NCBI RefSeq assembly: GCF_006345805.1
Contig: NW_021833757.1
Span: 8,710 to 72,709 of the forward strand
Length of the DNA: 64,000 bases
Source of the DNA: Octopus sinensis
Taxonomy: Eukaryota
Direction of reading: 5' to 3'
Position numbers and translations under genes: made by a program. Under the pieces are notes generated by a model that was not told the DNA's origin, ran no database searches, and was given only the letters and a program-made list of their open reading frames with translations. This document shows, piece after piece, positions 50,401 to 62,550 of this stretch. Within the stretch, counting starts at the first letter, position 1. Each line of letters starts with the position of its first letter.

Positions 50401-51992
50401 TTTACTGGGCTAGGCGTCAGCTATACGCTGGGGGTAGAGTTATCATTATTAATAAGCACATCACAAAATAACGTTAGTAAAGTTATCTCTCTTGTGCCAC
50501 CCTCTCCTGGATGTGTTTTGTTAATCGCTTCAAGTCCCTCTGTTCCTCGATAGTTCTCTCAGGTGCTCAAGATCGTCTGCTGATTTTAACCCTTTTTCAA
50601 TCAAAGTATGGTCTTGATGCAGAAGGGTTGCTAATTCGTGGTCTTCCTCGGAAGGTCGTTTCCGGATGAGGAGTGTTGCGGGGTTTTCTTAGGATGCATT
50701 TCAGCTGCATTCTGTGGAAGGAATTCAGATTTTCATTTCGTGCACTGTGAGTGTCCAAGAGGAGGAGTTGTAGTTATGGGTTGTTTTAATTAATTTCTAT
50801 TTATTAAAATAAACATTTTATAAGCACTAAATAAACATTTTATATAATAAATTGTTACTTTTCTAATATGCTATTTATTTTTGTCTCGTGTGGTTTTTTT
50901 GTAATCTAACAGTCTTTCGAAAAATATCAAAAAATGAAACCACTCATCATATAATCAATAAAGTATAAATAAAATCGATAGTAACAAAACGGGCTGGTTT
51001 ATAAACGGACAATGACATTTAATATTAAGGAAACCACCCACGATGACTCATAGGCACTACACCAGCCGTATTCACTTCCTATTTTACAACCACTACCAAA
51101 GTGCCCAAGATGTATAATTTTTCGAAACTTTTTTTGGGACTTGTCAGTATAGAAATTATTCCAGACAACATCCGAGTATTTTGCCTGAAATTAATATATG
51201 CAGGTCATTTTCGACAGTTGCAATCATGAAGATGGTCCTAAAAATACTAAAAGAGATGACTGTCATTGACAGCATGTGGGCCCCTCTTTTTAGGCGCAAA
51301 TAAAACGCAATGTTGGAAAGAATTTTCCAAAAAATATTATAGACATCTAATTCTATACCATTTCAGGCTTAAAGTGGGTCTTACCAAGAGCAAAGTGGCA
51401 CTTATCAAAAGCAAACTGATACAAAAAATAATTTCTGTATTTTTAAACAAAATGACTAAGCAACATTGAATAGTGTCGAAATCAATTGCAAAAACGACTA
51501 GGCAAAACCTATATATTTGCATGCTTACGAAAATCAAACATGTTTACATTGATTCTAACTCAATTAACCGGATCAACGTAGAGACAACTCATTTAATCAA
51601 ACAGCATATTTGAATCAAATTATATCGACATTTAATATGTTTCGCTATCAATGAGGCTGGGAGGGCGTCCTAGACTGCGAGTCCTGCATGTTATTGACGC
51701 CTGGCTTATTTACTATTAATTTATTTCGATAATCCTAAACCACACTCAATGCACTCTCATCAATAAAGAGTTCTGGGATAAGTAATATATTCATATTTAG
51801 GACAATTCTAGCAAACAGCGTGCTCTAACATGGTTAACAGCCATTTAATTTGAAAATAATTTAGTAAAGAAATAACGCGGGTAGGAAGACACGTGAATAG
51901 ACTAAGTATTTATACTTGATTGCCGTTTTGCGTTTGATTTCTATATATTTGTTCATAAAATGTTTTGTTTTTATAATCCTAAAAATATCACC

Positions 51993-52500
51993 ATGTCCAT
52001 CCGAGTACCCAATTTTGAGTATGTGACAGAAATATTAGGAAAACAAAGTGCTGCGTGAATATTAACCGACAGGGTGAAAATCAAAGCAATTTGTGAAGAC
52101 AAAAACACATTCATCAAGAATCCTACCAGAAAAGAAGAACTAATCTTCTGCGTGACTGGGGAACCTGAGGATGTCGAAAAGGCCATCGACAAAATAAAAT
52201 GTGCTGCCCAACATTTTTCCAAAATCCGCTCGACACAACTCGTGGGGGATGAACAGGTCGTGGCGTAGGTGAAGGTACCTGACCACTGATTGTCGGATAT
52301 GGTGGAATGACGATCAAACGAATACACCACGAGACTAGCACATATATTGTTCGCCCACTCGAGGGAGGGAGCCCGTTTTCGTAATCATTGGGAAGACCAG
52401 TTTTACCTGTCCATATAATAAATTCAAAACACACGTTCAGACGAGAACAGGGGTGCATAAGAAGCTGTATTTTCATAAAGATGGAGGAAATAGAGACCAT
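51993..52500 (+). pseudogene. MEX3: MEX3 tandem-KH RNA-binding protein pseudogene
   Basis: VP..EYVTEILGKQ|KIKAI...IFCVTGEPEDV...AAQHFS and TIKRI..ETSTYIV; 25-nt intron at 52048..52072; stops and frameshifts. Confidence 0.82.
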
Positions 52501-53259
52501 TAATAACAAGAGCATTGAGTCAGGTGACGAGGAACAGTCAAGGAATATCACCCATAAAAGCACGACTCCTGCTAGCAGGGGTTCACATCTTCGCCCAGTG
52601 ATCAATCTCGGGATACCACCAATGCGGGGTATGAATCTTGTTGGCACATACAATTTTTCCGAATTCTATTTTTGGGTGTTATGACCCGTCGCTTCGTATG
52701 TTCTCCTACTTGCATTACTTGGAAACAATGTGTTATATTCACTTTCTCAATTTGCAACTTTATTACGAATAAATTAACACATTCTTTGATATAAAATTCC
52801 AATTTCTGTTTATTTCTTAAGTTATTTTCTATTTTTTAATTTACTCGGATATAAAATAGAGGCATTGGATACAAAATCTTTTAGAGGACTTTAAAGACTT
52901 TCCCGTAAGTCTTATCAATTAGTGGAAAATAATTTATTTTTTTATATACTTGATGTTTTATTGCCAATTTGAGATACTGAAAACAAATAAAGTTAGTAAT
53001 GGGCAGAGAGGAAACTCAGGGGGGGAAACTCCTTGAGCTTAGTTGTTTGTCCAAAGGCACTGATTTACAAAAATTTATAAAACTTTTACCAGCTATTTTG
53101 AATTTTCTTGAATCGAAAATGAAGATGAATTAGCAATCGTAATTAAAGTCTTTAAAATTTAAAACACTCTCTGGAAACATGAGAGTTGGAATGCTATTAG
53201 TTATTCTTGTCTTTACTTTGGCTAGTAATTTTAAATTAATTTGTTATTTTCACCATTTA

Positions 53260-53460
53260 GGGCAATGTATGGTTCTTCCAATGTTTCAAGATTAACATTG
53301 GAATAAATTCTATACAATTATGCTTCAAAAAGTTGTTTACAAAAACTTATAGTTACCAGAGAATTTTGGCAAAACTCCAAATCAAACAGTTAGCTTATTT
53401 AACTATCCAATATGCCAAACATTCTTCCGAAATCTAAAAGTAATCATTGATTGCACGGGG
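53260..53460 (+). mobile_element. Harbinger/ISL2EU-like transposase scrap
   Basis: FRNLKVIIDCT motif. Confidence 0.45.
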
Positions 53461-53989
53461 GAAAGAGTTCGTTACTTTCAAGAATGACAAAATAAAACAG
53501 TTTGTCACATTTAAACGGTTCATTAATCATATGAATTATTGCAAGAATATTTAAATTAATATAAATGTATATAGAGAAGTCAATAATTTATGAACCGTTG
53601 TAATGAGAGAGGAACGTCTAAAAAAGCGATTCATTGTTAATTATGTTTATAAGGTCATAAAATACCTTTAAAGAAAATTTCTAAAAAATGCTTTAAAGAA
53701 CCAATAAAAATAAAAAGAATGAAAATAACAAATAAAAAAACAAATTATAAAGAATAAATAAATGTGAAAAATCAAATTTAGGTGAAAGTATTTATAAATT
53801 ATACTTTTTTATGATACAATAAATAAAAGTACACAAGAACAGCAATAAAATATGAAACATGTGTCCATGTTGGCTTAATTTATATATTAAAAGAGAAATC
53901 GGTTAATTGCATAACATTTGTCCACGGAAAATCTTATGCAATTATCTGATATTGAAAAAAATCACCAATTATTAACCATAGCAGTTTCA

Positions 53990-55041
53990 GCCTTAAAATT
54001 ATTTATTAAAAATAGTCCAACAGCAGATTTTTATAATGTCAATTTTGGATTGACAATCGAGAGAGTCATTTCTCGGAGAGCCGAATCTCAACATATATTT
54101 GTGATAGATAATGTATCTTTGACTACTGCATGTAACACCAATAAGAGATAAGAAGTAGAACAAGGAAATATTAGAACAAATAATTAGATTAGTTAATAAC
54201 TGATATTCTAATTTTTGATTGAACACGATCCTTTCTGCATATCATATTTATTGGTGTGGGATGGTAGCAGAGGTTGCAATCTATTGTGAGTAAACTAATC
54301 CACCATCTGCAGGTTCCGATATTAGTACTCCCTGGTAATTTATATCTGGTTCTATATTCACACTTTTGTTAGTTAAAGTGGTCAGCGTAATTTTTTTGAT
54401 AGCTGCACTCGTAATCCTTACAGATGAATATCCAAGTATACATTACGGGTTGCGCCCCATTCGTGAATATGCACATTTTCTGGTTATCAATAATACTACA
54501 GACTCAGTAATTTAAAATACTAAAGCTTGAGGGGACGACCGATTTTTGGCGACTGGAAAATGAAATTTGATGGCATGTAACTTTAATGTTAGAACAAGAT
54601 TTGTACAGATAATCTATACTGTCTAGACGTGCAAAGGCATCTACATTCACGTAACTAAGTTTACTACAGTGATACAGTGCTCTAATGATTTAAAATATTT
54701 GAATGTACATATAGTATAGGTGAATCAAACCATCAAATGAGTTGTTTAGTATTCTCTTTAGCGAATCTCCATTACATTGACTAGTGTAGGTAAAATGTTG
54801 ATTACAATGTCTCCAAGTTTGTTAAATTCGAGAATATTTCTCCATTTGGAAATGTAACGTTTCTCTTAATTGTAATTGATCCTCTATGTTCCCCAGCATG
54901 TTCTCCATTAAACGCACAGTTGTTCAAATCCCTAATGTGAAATAAGCAATTCTTAAAAAACCAAAGTCTTAGGTCACAGTCACTGTTGATCACAAAGTCA
55001 GCAAAAAGTAGGACAAGTGGCACCATGTAATTAAAGGTCAT
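53990..55041 (-). pseudogene. Possible LRR surface-protein pseudogene
   Basis: Signal-peptide-like start; IFSNLTNLETL and DAFARLDSI motifs; many stops. Confidence 0.4.
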
Positions 55042-55476
55042 ATTTTATTGCGAATAACTCATTGGTTAGACATTTAATTAATATATTTATTAAACTGTTT
55101 TTGTTAATATATTAAAATTTCAAATCAGGAAACCTAAAAAAACTAATAAAAGGACTTTAAATTTCTTGCAACTAATAAGTTTGAGTGATTACGGCATGGA
55201 GAACTCATACTGCGGTAAGAAATATCAAGTCGCTTGAACAGCTCGAAGTAAGAAGATACAGAAATATGCCCAGCGACAATTGGGAATTATCCAGTGCTCA
55301 TATGTAGAAAAAGCAACTAAACACAGCTTGCTTCAGAAAACATTTGCGAACATTCAAAAACATGCATTTTCTAAGCGTGCCTATGAAGAGACGTGTGAAA
55401 AAACTCTTAATTGTAATTGATCCTCTATGTTCCCCAGCATGTTCTCCATTAAACGCACGTGTTTCAAATCTCTAAT
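54863..55476 (+). repeat. ~74-bp direct repeat (54863..54936 and 55404..55476)
   Basis: CTCTTAATTGTAATTGATCCTCTATGTTCCCCAGCATGTTCTCCATTAAACGCAC occurs twice. Confidence 0.9.
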
Positions 55477-56815
55477 TGAAAATGTTATCAGATATGAGAT
55501 CACACCTTCATATTTCGAGATCTAGAAATTGGTCCCTTGTCTCCACGAAGAAATGTCTAACATAAAAAAGAACTTGTTTTTTGAGTTCGCCAGAAAATTT
55601 TAGCTGATATAGTTATATTTTATTACAACTTAATTGTGTATTTAAATTTAATTTGACTGTTTCTAGTGGGAACATGTAATAAAACATTTTAATTCTAAAC
55701 AAATCACAAATACATAATTAGCAATTAAAAATATATATAAACGTTAATCTTGACGTTCTAAATTCATTTCTGTATTCAGAAAACTCATCAGATCTTCCTA
55801 GAGAGAGTTATGAATTCTGTCCCTGATTTCTTTAGGAAGGTCTGAGGAGAAAACCGAGGTGATTTCCGAACGCAGGAGCAAATTTTAGTTAATTTAGTTA
55901 TAAATTATTATGTTTTAAAGCGATTAAATTTGGTGGGTGTTAATTGTTTCTAGTGGGTGCACCACGTGCGATAGGCATTCAGGGTCAACTTCGGATCTAT
56001 TTGAGTCCCCTATTGTAATATATCAAACCGCAAGTATCTTACTCAATTTGATCAAATACGTCAACAAAATTTACCTTAGTGGCAAGAAACATAATAAATC
56101 ATTATTTAAATCTAAAATTGCGTTTTTATTTTCACCAAAAATAAACGCGAGATCTCCACTTGTGTGCAACCAAACGACGTGATTTTTCCAGGACAACTGC
56201 CTCCCTTGATGGTCTACTATATTAACTTGTTCGACCTCCTCTAAACCTTTTTACTATCTCAAACTAAGGAACCATGTAACTTAAGATGTCAGACTTACAA
56301 TGTAAATGAGAAAATAAATAAATTAAAAATATTGTTATATATCAATTTTGATTTTTTATGAACGTTTTTGCATGCAAAGCTGGAATCAGACGTTCCTATA
56401 CCTTAGTTTCTTTATAGGCTACTACAATGTATGCTAATGGCCTATCCATAAAGACCCTTCTAGAAGAGGCCTGGAATTATGCAGTTTATTGATAAAATCT
56501 CTAGAATACATTAACAAATTTCCCTAAACATATTATAAATTAGTCAATTAACAAATTTGAATAGTTGAACAGTCTCAACTTTACATATTAATGAGTCTTT
56601 ATTTCCCGACAAAAACACCCCCGAGATCCTCACGTGTGTACATCAAATCGACCTAATTTTTCCAGACATAAGTTTAAATATGATAGTAAATTTTATTAGC
56701 TTATTCAACCTTTTTTTGAACCTTCGTCCATGCCAAATCAAAGCCTTTTTGATAAACACGTGCCGATATGCGATCTCTTCAACAGCTTAATTGTTCTTAA
56801 ATTTTACAGACTAAC

Positions 56816-59800
56816 TGAATGAATGAATGAATGAATTTTTATTAACGGAAAAGCCGAAAAAGAGGGAGAAAGTTAATGAGACAACGTATGCCTCTTCTTC
56901 GTTGTTTCCCTCTTTTTTTTTTTTTTTTTAATATTTAATTCGAGAAGAAAAGGCTCTCTCAAGAACACTTCCAACCGTTTCCGTCGCGTCTTCCATCACT
57001 TGAGGGATGGGTTGGTCCAACTGGAGTCCATTTGCCAATTTGATGGCATATCGCCTCGTCTTTTCGAGCTTAGCGATAATGCCATCCCTTTCAGCAGTAG
57101 GATACCATCCCTCGAACCCGTAGGTAAGCAATGGTTCGACGCACGTTTTATAAACATATAAAAACGTTTCCGGGGAAAGGTGGAAGTGAATTATGCTCCT
57201 GAGAATTTGAGCGCATTTCCTTCTCCTCGAGTCGATGTATCTGAAGTAAGAACCCTTGGATCCAACTTCAACCCCAAGGTATTTCAGGTTCTCCGTTACT
57301 GTAAACCCATAGAGGTTTCTCGGCGGTTTTCGTTTTGCTCCCTGTTTTGCAATCCAAGTGGCGGTGCACTTTTCTTTTGCAAGCGTCAGTCCTTTTGATA
57401 TGCACCATTCTTCCACTCTTGTCACGTATCCTTTTAACTTCCTCCACGAGATGTCTTTTCTCCACGAAGCATCCGTTATTAATATGTCGTCCGCGTAGAT
57501 CATGAGACGACTGGTAGGATCTTTCGGTTTTGGAATATCAGCAACGTAAATATTAAAAAGCAGGGGGCTCAAGACCGAGCCTTGAGGTACCCCTCTTTTG
57601 AGATCGACAGATTCCGACAAACGGTTTCCGCATCGTATGTATGACCTTCTCATTGATAAATAGCTCTTCAGCCAATTGACCGTTTTAGACCCGGGTTTGC
57701 TCTTGGCGACACTTTCCAAGAGGCCCAGGTGCCATACGCTGTCAAAAGCTTTTGAGACATCGAGGCAGATAGCAATAGTCGCTGTATTATTAGCAAGACT
57801 AAGCGAGATGACTTTCTCGAGTTCTCCGAAACAATCACCACAGGATCTTTTTCGTCGGAATCCCCACTGCTCTACTGCAAGTGCACCTGATTCCTCTACG
57901 AAGTTCGAAAGTCTTGTGAAGACAATCCGTTCCATAATTTTAGAGACGGAGCATATTAGGCTTATCGGCCTATAGTTCTCTGCATGGTCCTTTATTTTTC
58001 CAGGCTTTGGAATCATACGTACGATTGACTTTTTCCAAGAGTCCGGTACGTATCCAAGTCTCCAGCTTGCATTGTATAGTGCGGTCAAGTATCGTAGGAG
58101 AATATTTGGAGCATGTTTGAATACAGAAATTGGAATGTAGTCATGGCCGGGTGCATTATTCTTGCAGCTCATAATTGCGGCATACGTTTCTTCCAACGTT
58201 ATGTCTCTGCACAGTGGTCCCGTATGACTCAAATTAGCTCTTAGACTTCTCTGAGCCTCACATATAACTTCTTTCGGAACCATGTCGATCGGATCCACCT
58301 CTTGAACTTTTGCCAGTTGACTTCGCAGATGTGAGGGAACTTCATCGAGCGGGATATCTATTCCTTCAGTTGTTTTTAGTCGGATCTCTTCTCCTTTGTT
58401 CTCCATATTACTCAGTCTGTTGAAAACCTTCCAAAAATGAGGGTTTTTCTTATTCAGTTTCGAGCATTGACTCTTCCAAGCAAGGTCTGAATTTTTTTTG
58501 CGACATCATTTATCTCTATTTTCACGGTACGAATCTTATCCCGAAGACGAATACGATCTATGGGGTCACTGCATCGTCTTAGCTTCTTTCAAGGTTTCCC
58601 TTCCATTTTATAAGTTTTCCCAAAGATTCGTCAATCCGGGTTTTTCTGTTAGTATTTGACATGATGTATTTCCTGATTGAAGATTTTCGGAGAAAGTCCA
58701 GTATAGCTTCTCTGAGAATTTTATCAAGTTTTTCAATTTGTATATTCGAAGAGATGTTTTGTATTGGATACGGTGTCAAATGCTTTTTCATTGATACCTC
58801 AAGGTCCGACCAGATTGTCCGAGACGTATCGTATCCGATAAACAGATCTTCGCATATCGTAGATGATGTTCGCATACACAAGGATTGAGGTAGGTGATCA
58901 CTACCAATGTTTATCTCAATCCTTGGTATGCTGCATTGATGAACAAGATCTGCCGATACGAGGAAAACTCCAATACAATCCTCTCCATAACAAGAGAAGT
59001 GGTTTGGTTCTCGTGAGGTCAAAACACTAAAACCGCAGTTCTCCGATAATCTGAGGAGTATATTACCGTCCGAATTTGTGTTGGCACATCCGTACGATGT
59101 GTGTTTTGCGTTAAGGTCTCCTATTAGAATTCCTCTATCATTGTTCTGGAAAAATTCTTCAATAAGATTTTGATAATTCTTCATTGCTTTGGAGTACATA
59201 GCTCCGACAGATATCCATCCAAGGGATGTTAGTAGTTTCAATGTAATCAGTTCGCACAAATTTTGTTCGACGATTTTCAAGTCCCTCACCATCAGATTGT
59301 CTTTATAATATATGGATGTCCCAGTGCCAGCCACTGCGTCAGGTCGCCATGGGATATCAATCGACTGAAAACCATGGATTTTATGATGCTGATTTCCCTT
59401 AAGCTTCGTTTCATTAACAACCAATATGTCCATGTTTACCGAGCTAACCAAGTAGGTTAGCTCCGTAGCCCGTTTCCGAATTGACCGGGCGTTGATAAGC
59501 GTAAAAACGCTCATCTCGTCAAGTTTTGGTGACTGTCCTCCATAACGAGCGCCACCAGTTCCAGTAAATTTTTAAACGTTTTTTTAGTCGTCGTTTTCGA
59601 TTTAAGATGGAGGTCCTCCAGTTTTGCTTTTAAATGTTCAATTGCATTTGTCTTTTCATCTGCCACCTGTATGTTGCATGGTGGTTGTCCCGGGTTTGAT
59701 TTGGAAGTGTCCCCGAGTTTCATGCCTTTTTTGGGTTGAGTCATATATTCGGTTGTGTTTACGCCTTGTTCCAACTTTAATTTTGGTTTTTGCGTAGATA

Positions 59801-59880
59801 TAGTGGGTGTCGCAGTTTTCAAAGTGTTTGACATGGATTCAGAGATATCGTCAGTCTGAACCTCAGCATCCACGAATTTG
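56816..59880 (-). mobile_element. Jockey-like LINE: ORF1 C-terminus, APE (58579..59514), RT (56928..58406), (TTCA)n tail
   Basis: NARS, NETK, GDLNA, GSDHLP; YRPISL, DVSKAFDSVWH, GVPQGS, YADD; AATAAA + (TTCA)n. Confidence 0.93.
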
Positions 59881-60289
59881 TACTTTTATTAAAGTTCCAT
59901 CCTTTCCAGGTATTTTGTACTTTCATTTCCAGAGAACTAAAAGCTCGTTTTACATAATTTTTCAAAAGAGGTATTTTAAAAAACGAATAATTTTTAGCAA
60001 CTAACAAAATTGAAAAACATTAAAAGATTGCTTTTTTTGATTCTCGGTGGAAGTTGGAGATGAATTTGTGCAAAATCGACTCCAAGATCCGACCCCCCAA
60101 TAACGAATGTTTTTTTCTGCCTCTCTATAAAACGATCGCCGTTATCCTGGGGATCAGATTGGCGAGTCTTTCCGCGTTGAGGGGCGCATGGTGTTTGTTG
60201 ATGCTGAAACATCCACCGACTATTTTATGATCACTGTCAACCCGAGATTCTCCATATGATCAGATTAATTTAATAACTCAATTTCGTTC

Positions 60290-61130
60290 AAAATAGAAAT
60301 TTGTTCTTTGCATACACGGGATCACTATGCATCCATTGCAAAAAAGCAAACAGACTGTTGACCATCAGCCACGCGGTGTGGTAGGATGCTAAACAGTGAT
60401 TATTTTCGAAGACACAACGAAGTGGTAAAGTGTATTCATCTCCACTTGTGTCGAATGTATGGAATTAAACGAAGCAGGAAATTGAAAGGACATTCGGTTG
60501 TGTCAAAGCTGAGAAAGATTTTGAGGATTGTTGGAATCACCTAATTAATTACCCTAATTAACTGTTGGTGATTCTTGGGTTAAAATAATAATAATGTCGA
60601 CCCAAAATGTCGAAATCAGAGTTGACACTTCAATTATGACTGAAACAAAAGTCCAATTCAATAAACCTGTTATTTTCGTTTATGACAAAAGAAAAAAAGA
60701 AATTCATTTAATCGAAGTGGGAATTACCTCGCAAGACCGTTTAAAGCAAGTTGAAGTGGTGAAATTTCACGAATACGACCTGCTTGGAAACGAACTGTCG
60801 GTTTTCTATTAAGCAAAAGTGAAGATTATTCGAATTGTCTTGACATGGGATGGAGTTGTCTCAAAGTTCTTTAAAAGTCATATGAAGAAGTTATCCATTG
60901 AAGAAGGAACGAGGACATACATCCAGGTTGTGATGAAGAGGACGCTAGAGAGTATGCTTATCGGGTACAGACATGTGATGAAGGTAGACAACGAGGAGTA
61001 CGCCTCTGCCGCCAATCAACTTACAGAGGTGGCATCTCGTGAGGACACTCAATTGAATAAAATTATTGACGCAGAAATATAAAATGAAAGAAAGTTTATA
61101 GAAAATTCTTCTTCCAAGCGAAGAAGAGAA
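60290..61130 (+). mobile_element. R4/Dong-like 3' fragment, related to the 22928 family
   Basis: RRHNEVVKCIH, LIEVGITSQDRL motifs; interrupted at 60506..60595. Confidence 0.9.
60506..60595 (+). mobile_element. ~85-bp 3' tip of (TAA)n-tailed LINE nested in the R4-like ORF
   Basis: KLRKILRIVGIT*, GAATCACC (60534) / GGTGATTC (60567) hairpin, (TAA)n. Confidence 0.8.
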
Positions 61131-61169
61131 ATCACTGAAAATCTAGATTTTTAATTAGATAATTTAAAA

Positions 61170-61368
61170 TAGGCTTGCACTTTGGAAACACAATTTCTCT
61201 GAAGTACCTTCCGATGTCTTTCTCAGCGGGATTGGGACAAAATTCTTTGGCGTTGATTTTCAACTGACTTGGAACCACTCCTCGACCAACACAGACTGGC
61301 TTGTTTCCGTTCCGCCTGTCAGCCATACTCAGGCTCCTGGCTGAATGTATTCCCTTCTCCGCTTTTGG
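61170..61368 (+). mobile_element. Internal CRE fragment close to 29390..29585
   Basis: LEPLLDQHRLACFRSACQPYSGSWLNV is identical at protein level. Confidence 0.88.
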
Positions 61369-61959
61369 TAAGTCTTAGTTTGAGGCTGAGAGGTGAGCGT
61401 GTGTGCGGGACTGAAAAGACAGGAATGCTGAAGGTCCTTGTCTACCCTCTACTAACAGCTTCTTTTTAAATAAATATTTTTCTTCAATCATTTCCAGTTT
61501 TCCGACAAATTTCAAATACAGAGCTTTTTATTTTTAAAATGCAGAAATCAGACCTTTTTGATGTTCGAAGAAATTGTCAATTAACATACAGACCTGAATT
61601 CACAAATCAAATTTTCTATTTATAAGGGCCGCAAATTTTTTGGTTAACTTAATGAAGATAATATATTTTTTATTTCAGTTTGAACGGAACAAAATACGTA
61701 TGATTTTTATTTTACTGGGTACATGCACTTTAGAGTTGAGTGCTATCGTCGCAAATATAGTTTTTTGAATAAAGAGGATATAAATCCATATAATTGATAG
61801 CAAAGGTTGTCTTTTCCTTATAAATCAGTGTTCAAATCCGAAATATGTAATGAAGAATCAACAAAAAATTCAAAGTCTGCAACCTATTTTGATTATTCAG
61901 TTGAAGATATTGTTGTTTATGAGGAATAAACTCTTTAATTTCAGAAAGCAAAAAAAAAT

Positions 61960-62525
61960 TATCATATAGCTTTTTAAACAAACAGAACGACTCAACCATC
62001 TAACTGCAGTATAACGAACAACATCTCCACAATCGGCATCAATATCATTTATAAAAGATTTGAAGTTTTGATGATTGAGGGCGTTTATCTTTATCAGATT
62101 AACGATGAATACAACGATTTTGGAACATTTTCCATTTTTATTGTTTTTGTAATTTAATTTTCCTGATGAACAATATTAAAATTTTTCAAACAACGAGGAG
62201 ACTTGTATTTTCCGATTACCAAAGGCTTCATTTTCTCACCAATTGAATTTGTACATAAAAGAACGGTAACTCTTTCTTTATTTTTTGACACCACTACAAG
62301 TGTCCGTTAACTCTACGAAGGATCTACAGTCGGATTTTTTGACAAATAATCCAGTCTCATCGCAGTTGAAGATATCCTTGCTGAAATATGCTTCCATGTG
62401 ATTATTATAAGTTTTAAAGAAGCTTTTCAGCATGGATGTGTCGCATGACTTTTTTTCACCAGAAATTGTTTAAAAAAAGTTGATGCCGTTTCTTAAAACG
62501 ATCAAGCCATCATTGGAAGCTTTAA
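61960..62525 (-). mobile_element. pogo/Tigger-like transposase, degenerate
   Basis: DIFNCDETGLF, KERVTVLLCTN, KPLVIGK..SPRC motifs. Confidence 0.8.
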
Positions 62526-62550
62526 ATTCTGGTAAATTTAAAATTTGCGC

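Noticed and set aside
55755-55800. Hammerhead ribozyme on the minus strand (CTGATGAG followed by a hairpin)
   Set aside because: The stem II closure is imperfect, GAAA is not correctly placed, and no stems I/III were found.
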